From Nonlabens ponticola (GTDB lineage: Bacteria > Bacteroidota > Bacteroidia > Flavobacteriales > Flavobacteriaceae): 32,000 nt of DNA. Below the pieces are notes generated by a model, which saw nothing but the letters and a program-made list of their open reading frames with translations, was not told the origin of the DNA and did no database searches. Below are positions 1-8,375 of this stretch, one piece after another (position 1 is the stretch's first letter; every line of letters begins with the position of its first letter). The DNA is taken from the NCBI RefSeq assembly GCF_003966335.1, contig NZ_CP034549.1, forward strand, positions 120,001-152,000, given 5' to 3'. Both the position numbers and the translations under genes were made by a program.

Positions 1-46
1 GGAATATTGCCGCACTGGCTAATATGGTAATTACGTTAGAATCCAT
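1..46 (-). CDS. nqrF: Na+-translocating NADH:quinone oxidoreductase subunit F, first 15 codons only (continues off the window)
   Basis: The reverse complement of 1..46 reads ATG GAT TCT AAC GTA ATT ACC ATA TTA GCC AGT GCG GCA ATA TTC = MDSNVITILASAAIF. This is a hydrophobic N-terminus starting 19 nt after the nqrE stop. Its position after nqrA-E fits the canonical nqrABCDEF order. The stub is too short to confirm on sequence alone. Confidence 0.55.
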   Translation of the reverse strand, partial: MDSNVITILASAAIF

Positions 47-65
47 AGCTTGTTCTTTCTTATGA

Positions 66-683
66 TTAAATTTCTATTCCCATAAAACTCATGAAGCCTA
101 AGGCCATAAGTCCTGTGATGATAAATGTGATACCTAGACCTCTTAATGGTGCAGGCACATTTGAATAAGTGATTTTCTCACGAATTGCCGCAATGGCTAG
201 AATGGCTAGGAAAAATCCAAAACCAGAACCTATTCCATAAACAGCTGCCTCGTCAATACCAGAGAAATCCTTTTGCTGCATAAATAATGATCCACCTAGA
301 ATCGCACAGTTTACTGCGATAAGTGGTAGGAAAATACCTAGCGCTCCATATAATGCTGGTGCAAATCGTTCCACGATCATTTCTACCAGCTGTACCATGC
401 TCGCGATCACCGCGATAAACATGATAAAACTCAAGAAACTAAGGTCGATACTAGCATACTCTTCACCCAACCATAGGCTCAATGCGCCAGGCTTTAATAA
501 ATAAGTGTCCAGCAACCAGTTGATAGGAACCGTGATTCCCAATACAAATACTACAGCGGCACCTAGACCTACAGCGGTCTTAACAGACTTTGAGACGGCC
601 AGATAAGAACACATACCCAAGAAATAGGCAAAGACCATGTTCTCGATAAAAATACTTCTTACAGCGAGATTGATTAAATCCAT
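66..683 (-). CDS. nqrE: Na+-translocating NADH:quinone oxidoreductase subunit E
   Basis: A 205-aa polytopic membrane protein of the NqrE/RnfA type ([34 protein letters not shown]). It is the fifth gene of the nqr cluster. Confidence 0.9.
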   Translation of the reverse strand: MDLINLAVRSIFIENMVFAYFLGMCSYLAVSKSVKTAVGLGAAVVFVLGITVPINWLLDTYLLKPGALSLWLGEEYASIDLSFLSFIMFIAVIASMVQLVEMIVERFAPALYGALGIFLPLIAVNCAILGGSLFMQQKDFSGIDEAAVYGIGSGFGFFLAILAIAAIREKITYSNVPAPLRGLGITFIITGLMALGFMSFMGIEI

Positions 684-702
684 TTTCTAATTCTTAAGTT
701 GT

Positions 703-1401
703 TTAGTTTTCTTCAATTAATGTACGGTTGCGACTGCGCTGCACCCAGATGATAATACCTACAGTAATAAGAGCCATAGGTGACAAAAGCATCAAACCGT
801 TATCCACATATCCAAAGTCATAAACTGCCTCTGGTATAATTTCAATTCCCAATAATTTTCCTGCACCTAGCAACTCTCTAAAAAATGCTACTAAGATCAA
901 GATGAAAGCGTATCCAGCTGCGTTACCTATACCATCAAGGAATGATTTATAAATACCGTGTCCTAGAGCAAATGCCTCAAGACGACCCATAACGATACAG
1001 TTGGTAATAATCAACCCTACAAAAACCGAGAGTTGTTTAGAAACGTCGTATGCATACGCTCTCAAAACCTGGTCAACCAAGATTACAAGAGCTGCAACAA
1101 CAACTAACTGCACGATAATTCTAATACGCGACGGTATCAAATTACGTAATGCAGATACAATCATGTTACTAAAAGCCATTACAGCCATCACGGCAAGGCT
1201 CATCACGATAGCTGGTTTCAATTGAACTGTAATCGCAAGAGCTGAACATATTCCTAGTACCTGAACTGTAATTGGATTGTTGTCTGTCAATGGATCAGAT
1301 AGAAGCTTGCGATTCTTCTTACCTAGCAAGCCTTCTCTCTCGTCTGTATCAGATAGGAAAAGGATAAGACCTTGCTTTTTTGATTCTTTATTTTGCGCCA
1401 T
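703..1401 (-). CDS. nqrD: Na+-translocating NADH:quinone oxidoreductase subunit D
   Basis: A 232-aa membrane protein of the NqrD/RnfE type ([38 protein letters not shown]). Operon position supports the call. Confidence 0.9.
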   Translation of the reverse strand: MAQNKESKKQGLILFLSDTDEREGLLGKKNRKLLSDPLTDNNPITVQVLGICSALAITVQLKPAIVMSLAVMAVMAFSNMIVSALRNLIPSRIRIIVQLVVVAALVILVDQVLRAYAYDVSKQLSVFVGLIITNCIVMGRLEAFALGHGIYKSFLDGIGNAAGYAFILILVAFFRELLGAGKLLGIEIIPEAVYDFGYVDNGLMLLSPMALITVGIIIWVQRSRNRTLIEEN

Positions 1402-1418
1402 AGAGCTTTTATTTATTC

Positions 1419-1434
1419 CGCTTTCGCGAAAGCG
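1419..1434. repeat. Palindromic repeat CGCTTTCGCGAAAGCG, copy 1 (16/16)
   Basis: Exact 16-bp palindrome in the 50-nt gap between nqrC and nqrD, followed by TAATCAC. Confidence 0.95.
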
Positions 1435-1451
1435 TAATCACATTACCAGCA

Positions 1452-2177
1452 TTACTGCATGGCAACCTTTACGTCAGTTTTTGATTTAAAGTATGGTAGA
1501 TAATTCTTGAGTCTTTCAGAAATCATGTCGGTCACGCCATCACCGGTGATTGTAGCACCTGCGATAGCATCTACGGCATTGTCATCCTTGTTCTCACCGC
1601 CTTGGTAACCCTTTGCAACAGATACCCCTATAAAGTTCCCAGACTCATCCATGATTTTTTCATCATCAAAACGCTTCTTGAACCATCCTTGGGTAATTTC
1701 TGCACCTAGACCTGGCGTTTCTCCTTTATGATCAAACACTGCACCCTTGATCGTGTTCACGTCATCCTTTAAAGCTACATAACCCCATATAGCATCCCAA
1801 AGACCTTTACCTCTTAATGGCACAATATAGTATTGAGTGCCTTCAACATCAGCTACGTATAGAGGAAATGCCTGCTCTTCAACTGGCTTTTTAAGTTCCT
1901 TCTTGAGATCCACAGTAAATGCATCCACATCTGTGCGTACATCGCCGTTGTTATCCAATGCTAGTTGTTCAACGATATATTTATTAAAAAGAGTTGCAGC
2001 GCTATCTCTAGTAGTCTCGATACCAACAGTACCCAAGATGTTTTGCATCTTTTCTTCCTTTACATTCTTTGCTTGCGCTGGTTGCAAATTAGTTGCTGCA
2101 AAAGCTAACGTACATGCTACCACTGCCACCATTAAAAAGGCAAACAAAAATGTATATGAGTTTGAATTTCTATCCAT
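1452..2177 (-). CDS. nqrC: Na+-translocating NADH:quinone oxidoreductase subunit C
   Basis: It has an N-terminal TM anchor and an FMN-binding domain with the flavinylation-type motif DAIAGATITG. Its start lies 2 nt from the nqrB stop. Confidence 0.9.
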   Translation of the reverse strand: MDRNSNSYTFLFAFLMVAVVACTLAFAATNLQPAQAKNVKEEKMQNILGTVGIETTRDSAATLFNKYIVEQLALDNNGDVRTDVDAFTVDLKKELKKPVEEQAFPLYVADVEGTQYYIVPLRGKGLWDAIWGYVALKDDVNTIKGAVFDHKGETPGLGAEITQGWFKKRFDDEKIMDESGNFIGVSVAKGYQGGENKDDNAVDAIAGATITGDGVTDMISERLKNYLPYFKSKTDVKVAMQ

Positions 2178-2179
2178 GA

Positions 2180-3559
2180 TTAAGCTGTTTGAAGTTGTGC
2201 TTGAGCTTTTTTCAAGCGTTTTTTGCGCTTACCCACGTTTGCTTGAACAACATAATGATCAATCGTAGGTGCAAATACATTCATTAATAGAATAGCGAGC
2301 ATGATTCCTTCAGGATATGCTGGATTGAATATGCGTATCATGATACCAAAGAAACCAATCAAGATACCATAGATCCATTTTCCCTTAAAGGTTTGTGCAG
2401 CACTCACTGGATCAGTAGCCATAAAGACCACACCAAACAAGATACTACCTACAACCATATGCTGCCAGAATGGGAAGTTGATTAACTGATTTGTTCCTAA
2501 TTCCATAAGTGTTGCGTCCCATCCAGATAATCCTAGACCTGCAACGGCACCAGCATCATTGTAAACCTGATCCAATGTGATAGCACCACTTTCTACAAGA
2601 TTGGTGATAAAATCGTTACCCAAATTACCAAAGAAGTTAAATATCGCGCCCATGGCAAGACCACCTATGATACCACCTAAAATGATTCTCCAGCTACCTA
2701 CTTTGGTCGCTATTAATATAATGGCACCTAGAATAACTAGTAATGCAGAAGTTTCTGCCACGGATCCTGGAATCGTACCATAAAACATATCATCAAAACT
2801 AATATTTGAGAGCACTGATGCCTCTTCTACCGGTGCAGCAAATGCTACCGAGTTTGCAGCAGATCCCATCACGCTACCGTCGTATTGACCACTAGCCAAT
2901 GATCCTAAAATCGTCTCACCTGAAATGGCGTCCGTGCTACCTTCATGTACCCATATCGCATTACCTGACATGTAAAGAGGATATGCAAAGAATGCAAATG
3001 CTCTTGCCGTCAATGCTGGGTTCAAAATATTCATTCCCGTACCTCCAAAAGCTTCTTTACCAATGAGTACGGCAAATGCTACAGACAACGCTAGCATCCA
3101 TAATGGAATATCTACTGGGAAAATCATTGGGATCAACAATCCAGTTACCAGGTAACCTTCATTCACTTCATGACCACGATAAATCGCAAAGATGAATTCA
3201 ATCGTAAGACCTACAACGTAGGAAACGATGATCAATGGCATTACCAAAATAGCGCCTTCAATAAAAGCGTCCCAAAACGGCACATCCATAACACTAGCAA
3301 GACCTCTTTCTTGATATAGGTATTGCGCACCTGTGTTCCACATACCAAATAGTAGCGCTGGAATCAAAGCCAACACCACAGTAATCATGGTGCGCTTCAA
3401 GTCCACAACGTCACGTATGTGAGCACCTTTTTTGGTTGTGTGGTTAGGTGTGAAAAGAAATGTATCGAACGCATTGATTGCTGGAGCAAACTTTTCATAT
3501 TTCTCTCCAGGTTCGAAAGGCTTTCTAGCCTGATCTAATTTAGCTCTTACCCAATTCAT
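2180..3559 (-). CDS. nqrB: Na+-translocating NADH:quinone oxidoreductase subunit B
   Basis: A 459-aa protein of the NqrB/RnfD type: HEVNEGYLVTG, FGGTGMNILNPAL, DAISGETILG (flavinylation-type threonine), FMATDPVSAA, NPAYPEGIMLAIL. Confidence 0.9.
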   Translation of the reverse strand: MNWVRAKLDQARKPFEPGEKYEKFAPAINAFDTFLFTPNHTTKKGAHIRDVVDLKRTMITVVLALIPALLFGMWNTGAQYLYQERGLASVMDVPFWDAFIEGAILVMPLIIVSYVVGLTIEFIFAIYRGHEVNEGYLVTGLLIPMIFPVDIPLWMLALSVAFAVLIGKEAFGGTGMNILNPALTARAFAFFAYPLYMSGNAIWVHEGSTDAISGETILGSLASGQYDGSVMGSAANSVAFAAPVEEASVLSNISFDDMFYGTIPGSVAETSALLVILGAIILIATKVGSWRIILGGIIGGLAMGAIFNFFGNLGNDFITNLVESGAITLDQVYNDAGAVAGLGLSGWDATLMELGTNQLINFPFWQHMVVGSILFGVVFMATDPVSAAQTFKGKWIYGILIGFFGIMIRIFNPAYPEGIMLAILLMNVFAPTIDHYVVQANVGKRKKRLKKAQAQLQTA

Positions 3560-3563
3560 AGTT

Positions 3564-4907
3564 TTATCCTACTTCGGTTATCATTAAGTCTAGACCTAGA
3601 CGTATAATTTCTTGCGCCTCGATCTTTGATGTGTTCACATAATCTATTAATGCAAAATCTTCTGGTGCCACCTCATAGATACCTAAGTTCTCCATACTCT
3701 CGATGTCTCCAGCCATGCAGGCCTTAATCAATTGCATAGGATAAATATTCATAGGCATCACCTCTTCCATCTCGCCAGTCACTACCAGCGCTCTTTCCTC
3801 ACCATTAAGATTTGTATTCACTTTACTCTTACCACCAGTTAACCATGACAATGAGGTTCCAGAAATTGACGGTACATCATTTCGGGTAAATGGCAACCAT
3901 CCTAGAAAAGCATATTCATTACCTTCTGGAATGAGTGTTACCGTGTTGTGGTAATAGTTAAGATACTGGTCGTTATTAATCTGGTCGCCTGTCAAAACAT
4001 CACCAGAAATTATTCTAGTTTCCTGAGTATTTACTTCACCAACCAGATCAGAAACTTTTGCGCCAATTTTGGTCGTATAATAATGTCTCTTTTCCTCAGC
4101 AACCTCAGTTCCTGCAAGAGCTACCGTGCGCACTGCATCAAACTTACCTGTTAAGAATAAATTACCGATGGTTGCAACATCTTCTGCGCCAACAGCCCAA
4201 ACTTTCTCACCAAAATTGATAGGATCCAGTTTGTGGATTTGAACACCTACGTTTCCTGCTGGATGCGGCCCTTTCACTTTATGAACCTCAACATTCTTAA
4301 TATCGCTAAGGTTTGATTTTTTACCTATACACAAATGAACTTTACCTTCTGTCAATCTAGACAGTGCATTCACACCTGCTTGAAAGGCTTCTTTTCTATC
4401 CTTGAGAATAAAATCAACATCACCAGCAAGTGGTGCGCTGGTATAGGCCGAAATAAATATTGCTTTAGGAGTATCTTCTGGACCAGCGACAATATCGTAC
4501 GGTCTTTGGATGATAAACGGCCAGCAACCGCTTTCTAATAATCTTGTGCGTACTGCAGTAGGATCAGCTTGCAATGGATCCATGGATCCATGCTCGTAAA
4601 AAGTGTCACTCGCATCAGCTTGAATACGCACTTCCATTACGCGACGTTTTGCACCTCGCACGATCTCACTAATAGTACCGCTTACTGGTGCTGCAAATTT
4701 TACAGCCTCATCATACTTTGAATAGAAGATAATTTCGCCAGCTTTTACAGCTGCTCCTTCTTTCAAAATCAACTTAGGTACAACAGCATGAAAATCGGGT
4801 GGTTTCACAGCATAAACACTGGAACGCGGTGCGGTGACAAGCTTATGGCCTGCCTCACCTTTTAGCTTGAGATCAAGCCCTTTTCTTATTCGAATGTCTT
4901 TTGACAT
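3564..4907 (-). CDS. nqrA: Na+-translocating NADH:quinone oxidoreductase subunit A
   Basis: A 447-aa soluble protein and first gene of the cluster. The N-terminus MSKDIRIRKGLDLKLKGEA is typical of NqrA. It ends 4 nt before nqrB. Confidence 0.9.
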   Translation of the reverse strand: MSKDIRIRKGLDLKLKGEAGHKLVTAPRSSVYAVKPPDFHAVVPKLILKEGAAVKAGEIIFYSKYDEAVKFAAPVSGTISEIVRGAKRRVMEVRIQADASDTFYEHGSMDPLQADPTAVRTRLLESGCWPFIIQRPYDIVAGPEDTPKAIFISAYTSAPLAGDVDFILKDRKEAFQAGVNALSRLTEGKVHLCIGKKSNLSDIKNVEVHKVKGPHPAGNVGVQIHKLDPINFGEKVWAVGAEDVATIGNLFLTGKFDAVRTVALAGTEVAEEKRHYYTTKIGAKVSDLVGEVNTQETRIISGDVLTGDQINNDQYLNYYHNTVTLIPEGNEYAFLGWLPFTRNDVPSISGTSLSWLTGGKSKVNTNLNGEERALVVTGEMEEVMPMNIYPMQLIKACMAGDIESMENLGIYEVAPEDFALIDYVNTSKIEAQEIIRLGLDLMITEVG

Positions 4908-4939
4908 AGGATCTTTGGATTTAGTCCATTTTGGGACTG

Positions 4940-4966
4940 CAAATCTAGGTAATTATTGAACGCAAA
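4940..4966 (-). promoter_or_regulatory. Candidate Bacteroidota sigma-A promoter for the nqr operon (-7 TAgaTTTG, possible -33 TTTG)
   Basis: The plus strand at 4940..4947 is caaatcta, which is TAGATTTG on the minus strand and matches TAnnTTTG. caaa at 4963..4966 gives TTTG with a rather short 15-nt spacer. The -7 box lies 33 nt upstream of the nqrA ATG. Confidence 0.3.
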
Positions 4967-5071
4967 ATTATGAGGTAAAATTATTTAGAACTTATCTAAA
5001 TAAAGGTTTAAGGTCGCTTTGGCATTGCTTTCGCTTTAAGCTAAACCTATCTAAATTTAAGCTTTAAAACC

Positions 5072-5079
5072 TACTTTTG
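5072..5079 (+). promoter_or_regulatory. Candidate -7 box (TActTTTG) for the 5085 gene
   Basis: tacttttg matches TAnnTTTG but lies only 5 nt before the ATG at 5085. That would imply a nearly leaderless transcript. It may be a chance match. Confidence 0.2.
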
Positions 5080-5084
5080 CTTCT

Positions 5085-6338
5085 ATGAAGTATTTAATCT
5101 TTACTGTTATTTTCTTTTTGACAGTTCCGCCTATTTCTGCACAGGAAATGGATGAATTGGTCAATGATCCCGAATTCATAAAAACCGTTACACTCAATCG
5201 CCCTGCGGAAAATATGTTCCCGATCTACAAATTAGGTGAGCGCATAAATCTGTCATTTGATGACATTACAGCGCAGGAAGATGATTACTACTATCAGATT
5301 GAGCATTATGATTATAATTGGGAGCCCAGTGCGCTTTACAAGAACGAATTTATGACAGGTGTTGACGATCAGCGCATTATAAATTACCGCAATTCGTTTA
5401 CCACACTGCAAGCCTACAGTCATTATGAGTTAAGCATTCCCAATCGATGGACTGAGGCATTGACACGATCAGGAAATTACATGATCCACATCTATAATGA
5501 TGATCGTGAACTATTGTTCTCACGCAAATTTATGATTGTTGAACCTAGAGCCACCGTAGGTGTACAAATACGTAGAGCGCGTGACCTAGAATACGTCAAC
5601 ACACAACAGCGCGTTCAGTTTTTTGTAGACTCAAAAGAGATCAACTTTATCAATCCTGCACAAAATCTTAAGGTTGCTATCATACAAAATCTTGATCTAG
5701 AATCGGCGGTTTACGGTCTAGAGCCTCAATTCAATCTAGGTAATAGGCAGGAATACAATTATGATGGACCAGCATCTTTTTGGGCTGGTAATGAGTATTT
5801 GAATTTTGAAAGTAGGGATTTTAGGGCGCCTAACAACAATATTGATTTTGTCAAACTAGGCGAGCTTTACAACACCCATCTTTACATCGACCGATCAAGA
5901 TTTTTGGATGAATACACATACAATCCAGATATCAACGGTGGTTTTCTAGTGAGTACAGTTACTAATGAGGACAACGACATCCAGGCAGAATATACTAAGG
6001 TTCATTTTACCATGGATCCAGGCATCGTCCTGCCTGAAGGTACAAGCGTTTTTGTTTCTGGAAACTATAATGGCTATCAATTACAGGAAGAAAATCTCAT
6101 GGTGCATGATGAAGTAAGAAATCTATACACCACGACAATGCTCATGAAGCAAGGTTTTTACAACTACATTTATAGAGCCTATGATGCAAATGGCGAGGAA
6201 ATACCAGGATTGATTTCTGGCAATAAATGGCCTACCGAAAATCTTTACACAGTACTCGCCTACTATCGCGAGCCAGGTGGCCGTTATGATCGACTTATAG
6301 GAATAGGTGCTGGAAATAGCGCAAACATTACCAATTAA
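5085..6338 (+). CDS. Exported protein, DUF5103-like (family annotated as type IX secretion plug-domain protein in Bacteroidota)
   Basis: A 417-aa ORF with a signal peptide (MKYLIFTVIFFLTVPPISAQ). Composition is beta-rich and Asn/Tyr-rich. The CDS itself is solid. The family assignment is from memory of similar flavobacterial proteins and is not verified. Confidence 0.55.
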   Translation: MKYLIFTVIFFLTVPPISAQEMDELVNDPEFIKTVTLNRPAENMFPIYKLGERINLSFDDITAQEDDYYYQIEHYDYNWEPSALYKNEFMTGVDDQRIINYRNSFTTLQAYSHYELSIPNRWTEALTRSGNYMIHIYNDDRELLFSRKFMIVEPRATVGVQIRRARDLEYVNTQQRVQFFVDSKEINFINPAQNLKVAIIQNLDLESAVYGLEPQFNLGNRQEYNYDGPASFWAGNEYLNFESRDFRAPNNNIDFVKLGELYNTHLYIDRSRFLDEYTYNPDINGGFLVSTVTNEDNDIQAEYTKVHFTMDPGIVLPEGTSVFVSGNYNGYQLQEENLMVHDEVRNLYTTTMLMKQGFYNYIYRAYDANGEEIPGLISGNKWPTENLYTVLAYYREPGGRYDRLIGIGAGNSANITN

Positions 6339-6366
6339 TTATATTTGATCGACCCAACCATCGATC

Positions 6367-7512
6367 ATGAAGCATCCAGTAAGATCCTTGCCGCAATACC
6401 GCAGCACGCACTGTCTTAATTGCGAGACACCGCTGGAAGATGTGGACAAATATTGCCACCAGTGTGGACAGCTTAATAGTAAGAAGCGACTGGCACTAAG
6501 TGATTTTTTCAGTGAATTGTTCGCCAACTTTATCAGCTACGACAACAGGATATGGCGCACGATAAGCGGTATCCTTTTCAAACCAGGTAAGGTCACGCAG
6601 GAATACTGCGCAGGCAAGCGCGTTCATTATGCTAATCCATTCCGTTTCTTTTTATCAGTGACGATCGTCTTTTTCTTATTAGGTCAATTGTTTCTTAATT
6701 GGGACGATGATTTTACAGAGTTTGTAGAAGGAATGAATGAAGGCATCGAGAAAGGCATGGAACAAGCCCAAAGCGATGCAAATTTATTGGAATTGGTAAG
6801 GCGCCGTGATTCGCTAGAGTCTCAAGGCAATCGTATTGCCGCTGGCGTATTGACTGAGGTCATTGACGATATAGAGCTACAACCAGACAGCACTCAAGCG
6901 ATACCTAAATACGCAACCCAACAGCAGTTAGATGAGAAAAACTATCTCTATAAATACCTCGCTCAAACAGACGATTATAAAACGCATGCAGAACGTAATC
7001 CTGCCATGAACATCAATCAGGCACTCATAAGCCTTGATCATGAAGTCACTGATCTTAATCGATCGCGATACAGGAAAGCTCGTCGTTTTAATGCGCTAGA
7101 AAAGCAACCCTATCAATTAGTAGAAATGGTGGTACCCAAAATACCATTGTTCCTATTCTTTTTTGCACCAGCCATTAGCCTCTTTTTATGGTTGGTATAT
7201 ATTAGGAGAGACTATAATTATATGGAACACATGGTTTTCACCTTTCACGTGTTTACTTTCTTTTTCCTGAGTCTTTTTATATTGTTAGGTATGGTTAGTC
7301 TATCCTTCGGTTGGATCTCTTGGGAATGGATGAGCCTAATCATCTTAGGCGTTCTAGGGCCTTTTTACCTCTACAAAGCCATGCGCAATTTTTACAAACA
7401 AGGCAGATTTAAGACCATTGTCAAGTTTGCATTTTTAAATTTTGTATTTTTAGTGCTATTCACAGTAAGCGCCAGCCTATTTGTCGTGGGCAGCGTGTTT
7501 ATAGGAGTCTGA
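6367..7512 (+). CDS. DUF3667-type membrane protein with N-terminal zinc ribbon
   Basis: The N-terminus has CLNC-x11-CHQC (HCLNCETPLEDVDKYCHQCGQ). It is followed by FKPGKVTQEYCAGKRVHYANPFRF and several C-terminal TM helices. Confidence 0.7.
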   Translation: MKHPVRSLPQYRSTHCLNCETPLEDVDKYCHQCGQLNSKKRLALSDFFSELFANFISYDNRIWRTISGILFKPGKVTQEYCAGKRVHYANPFRFFLSVTIVFFLLGQLFLNWDDDFTEFVEGMNEGIEKGMEQAQSDANLLELVRRRDSLESQGNRIAAGVLTEVIDDIELQPDSTQAIPKYATQQQLDEKNYLYKYLAQTDDYKTHAERNPAMNINQALISLDHEVTDLNRSRYRKARRFNALEKQPYQLVEMVVPKIPLFLFFFAPAISLFLWLVYIRRDYNYMEHMVFTFHVFTFFFLSLFILLGMVSLSFGWISWEWMSLIILGVLGPFYLYKAMRNFYKQGRFKTIVKFAFLNFVFLVLFTVSASLFVVGSVFIGV

Positions 7513-7513
7513 C

Positions 7514-7900
7514 ATGTTACAACAGGTTACCAGAGGCATCAAGATATCGGTGCAAACGAGTTTTCAGGGTACATTTTATAAGAATTATAAGATGCACTTT
7601 GCCTTTGGGTACCAGATTACTATTGAGAACCAAAGCAAGGACAGCGTGCAGCTCAACTCACGCCAGTGGAAGATTCAAGACAGTTTGAACAACACACAGG
7701 TCGTCACCGGTGAAGGCGTGATAGGCAAGAAACCAGTCCTTAAACCAGGTGAGTCTCACAGTTATGAGAGCGGTTGTTTACTAGCGTCATCCTTTGGCAA
7801 CATGAGCGGCTTTTACAATATGGTTAACCTCACTTCTACACGGCAATTCACTGTTTTTGTCCCTAGCTTTAAGCTTAGTGCACCGTTTGCGCTTAATTAG
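7514..7900 (+). CDS. apaG: ApaG (DUF525) protein
   Basis: A 128-aa protein with the ApaG-type signature QLNSRQWKIQDSLNNTQVVTGEGVIGKKPVLKPGESHSYESGC. It starts 1 nt after the previous stop. Confidence 0.8.
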   Translation: MLQQVTRGIKISVQTSFQGTFYKNYKMHFAFGYQITIENQSKDSVQLNSRQWKIQDSLNNTQVVTGEGVIGKKPVLKPGESHSYESGCLLASSFGNMSGFYNMVNLTSTRQFTVFVPSFKLSAPFALN

Positions 7901-7977
7901 ACATAGCTTGTAGCGGTCGCACGATAGCTCACATTATAATACCTCACTTTACTTTTAATTTTATTTTTTCTCGGTTC

Positions 7978-7993
7978 CGCTTTCGCGAAAGCT
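7978..7993. repeat. Palindromic repeat, copy 2 (CGCTTTCGCGAAAGCt, 15/16)
   Basis: The 14-bp core GCTTTCGCGAAAGC is exact. It lies 78 nt downstream of apaG. Confidence 0.95.
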
Positions 7994-8250
7994 TATAAGC
8001 CCAAAGTCAATCATCAAGCAAAGAACATGGTGGTACTATCTCTCCTGTTGCACGATAGCTTTACTGCTTACCTACCATGATGAAGAAATCAAAATCTTGT
8101 GCAACTCCTATCCTAATTGCCAGAGAACTCTAGATAAAGCAGAAGAAACTTATAATTTCTAAATACTTGGAGTAAAAAATCATCAGCCCACTTGCAAGCA
8201 GTTGTAAAACGACCGTGATCTCCTTATTATGATGATGTGGTTGAGAATTA

Positions 8251-8266
8251 TGCTTTCGCGAAAGCG
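8251..8266. repeat. Palindromic repeat, copy 3 (tGCTTTCGCGAAAGCG, 15/16)
   Basis: The core is exact. It lies 110 nt upstream of the pruA ATG at 8376. Confidence 0.95.
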
Positions 8267-8375
8267 TTATTATTCTATTAAAACTATGCGCTCATACGCT
8301 TTACCAATAGACAGCTGTAGGCATTGCGTGTATGATTTTGTACTTTCACAGCTGAATAAAATAAGACACATTATC

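Noticed and set aside
5021-5040. ttgctttcgctttaagc as a tenth copy of the palindrome family.
   Set aside because: Only the left arm (GCTTTCGC) matches. It may be a decayed relic, but it is too degenerate to count.
8229-8375. N-terminal 49-codon extension of the pruA ORF as given in the track (MMMWLRIMLSRKRYYSIK...).
   Set aside because: It reads straight through palindrome copy 3 and looks non-protein-like. The conserved P5C dehydrogenase N-terminus begins at the ATG at 8376 (MGKGFFNVP).
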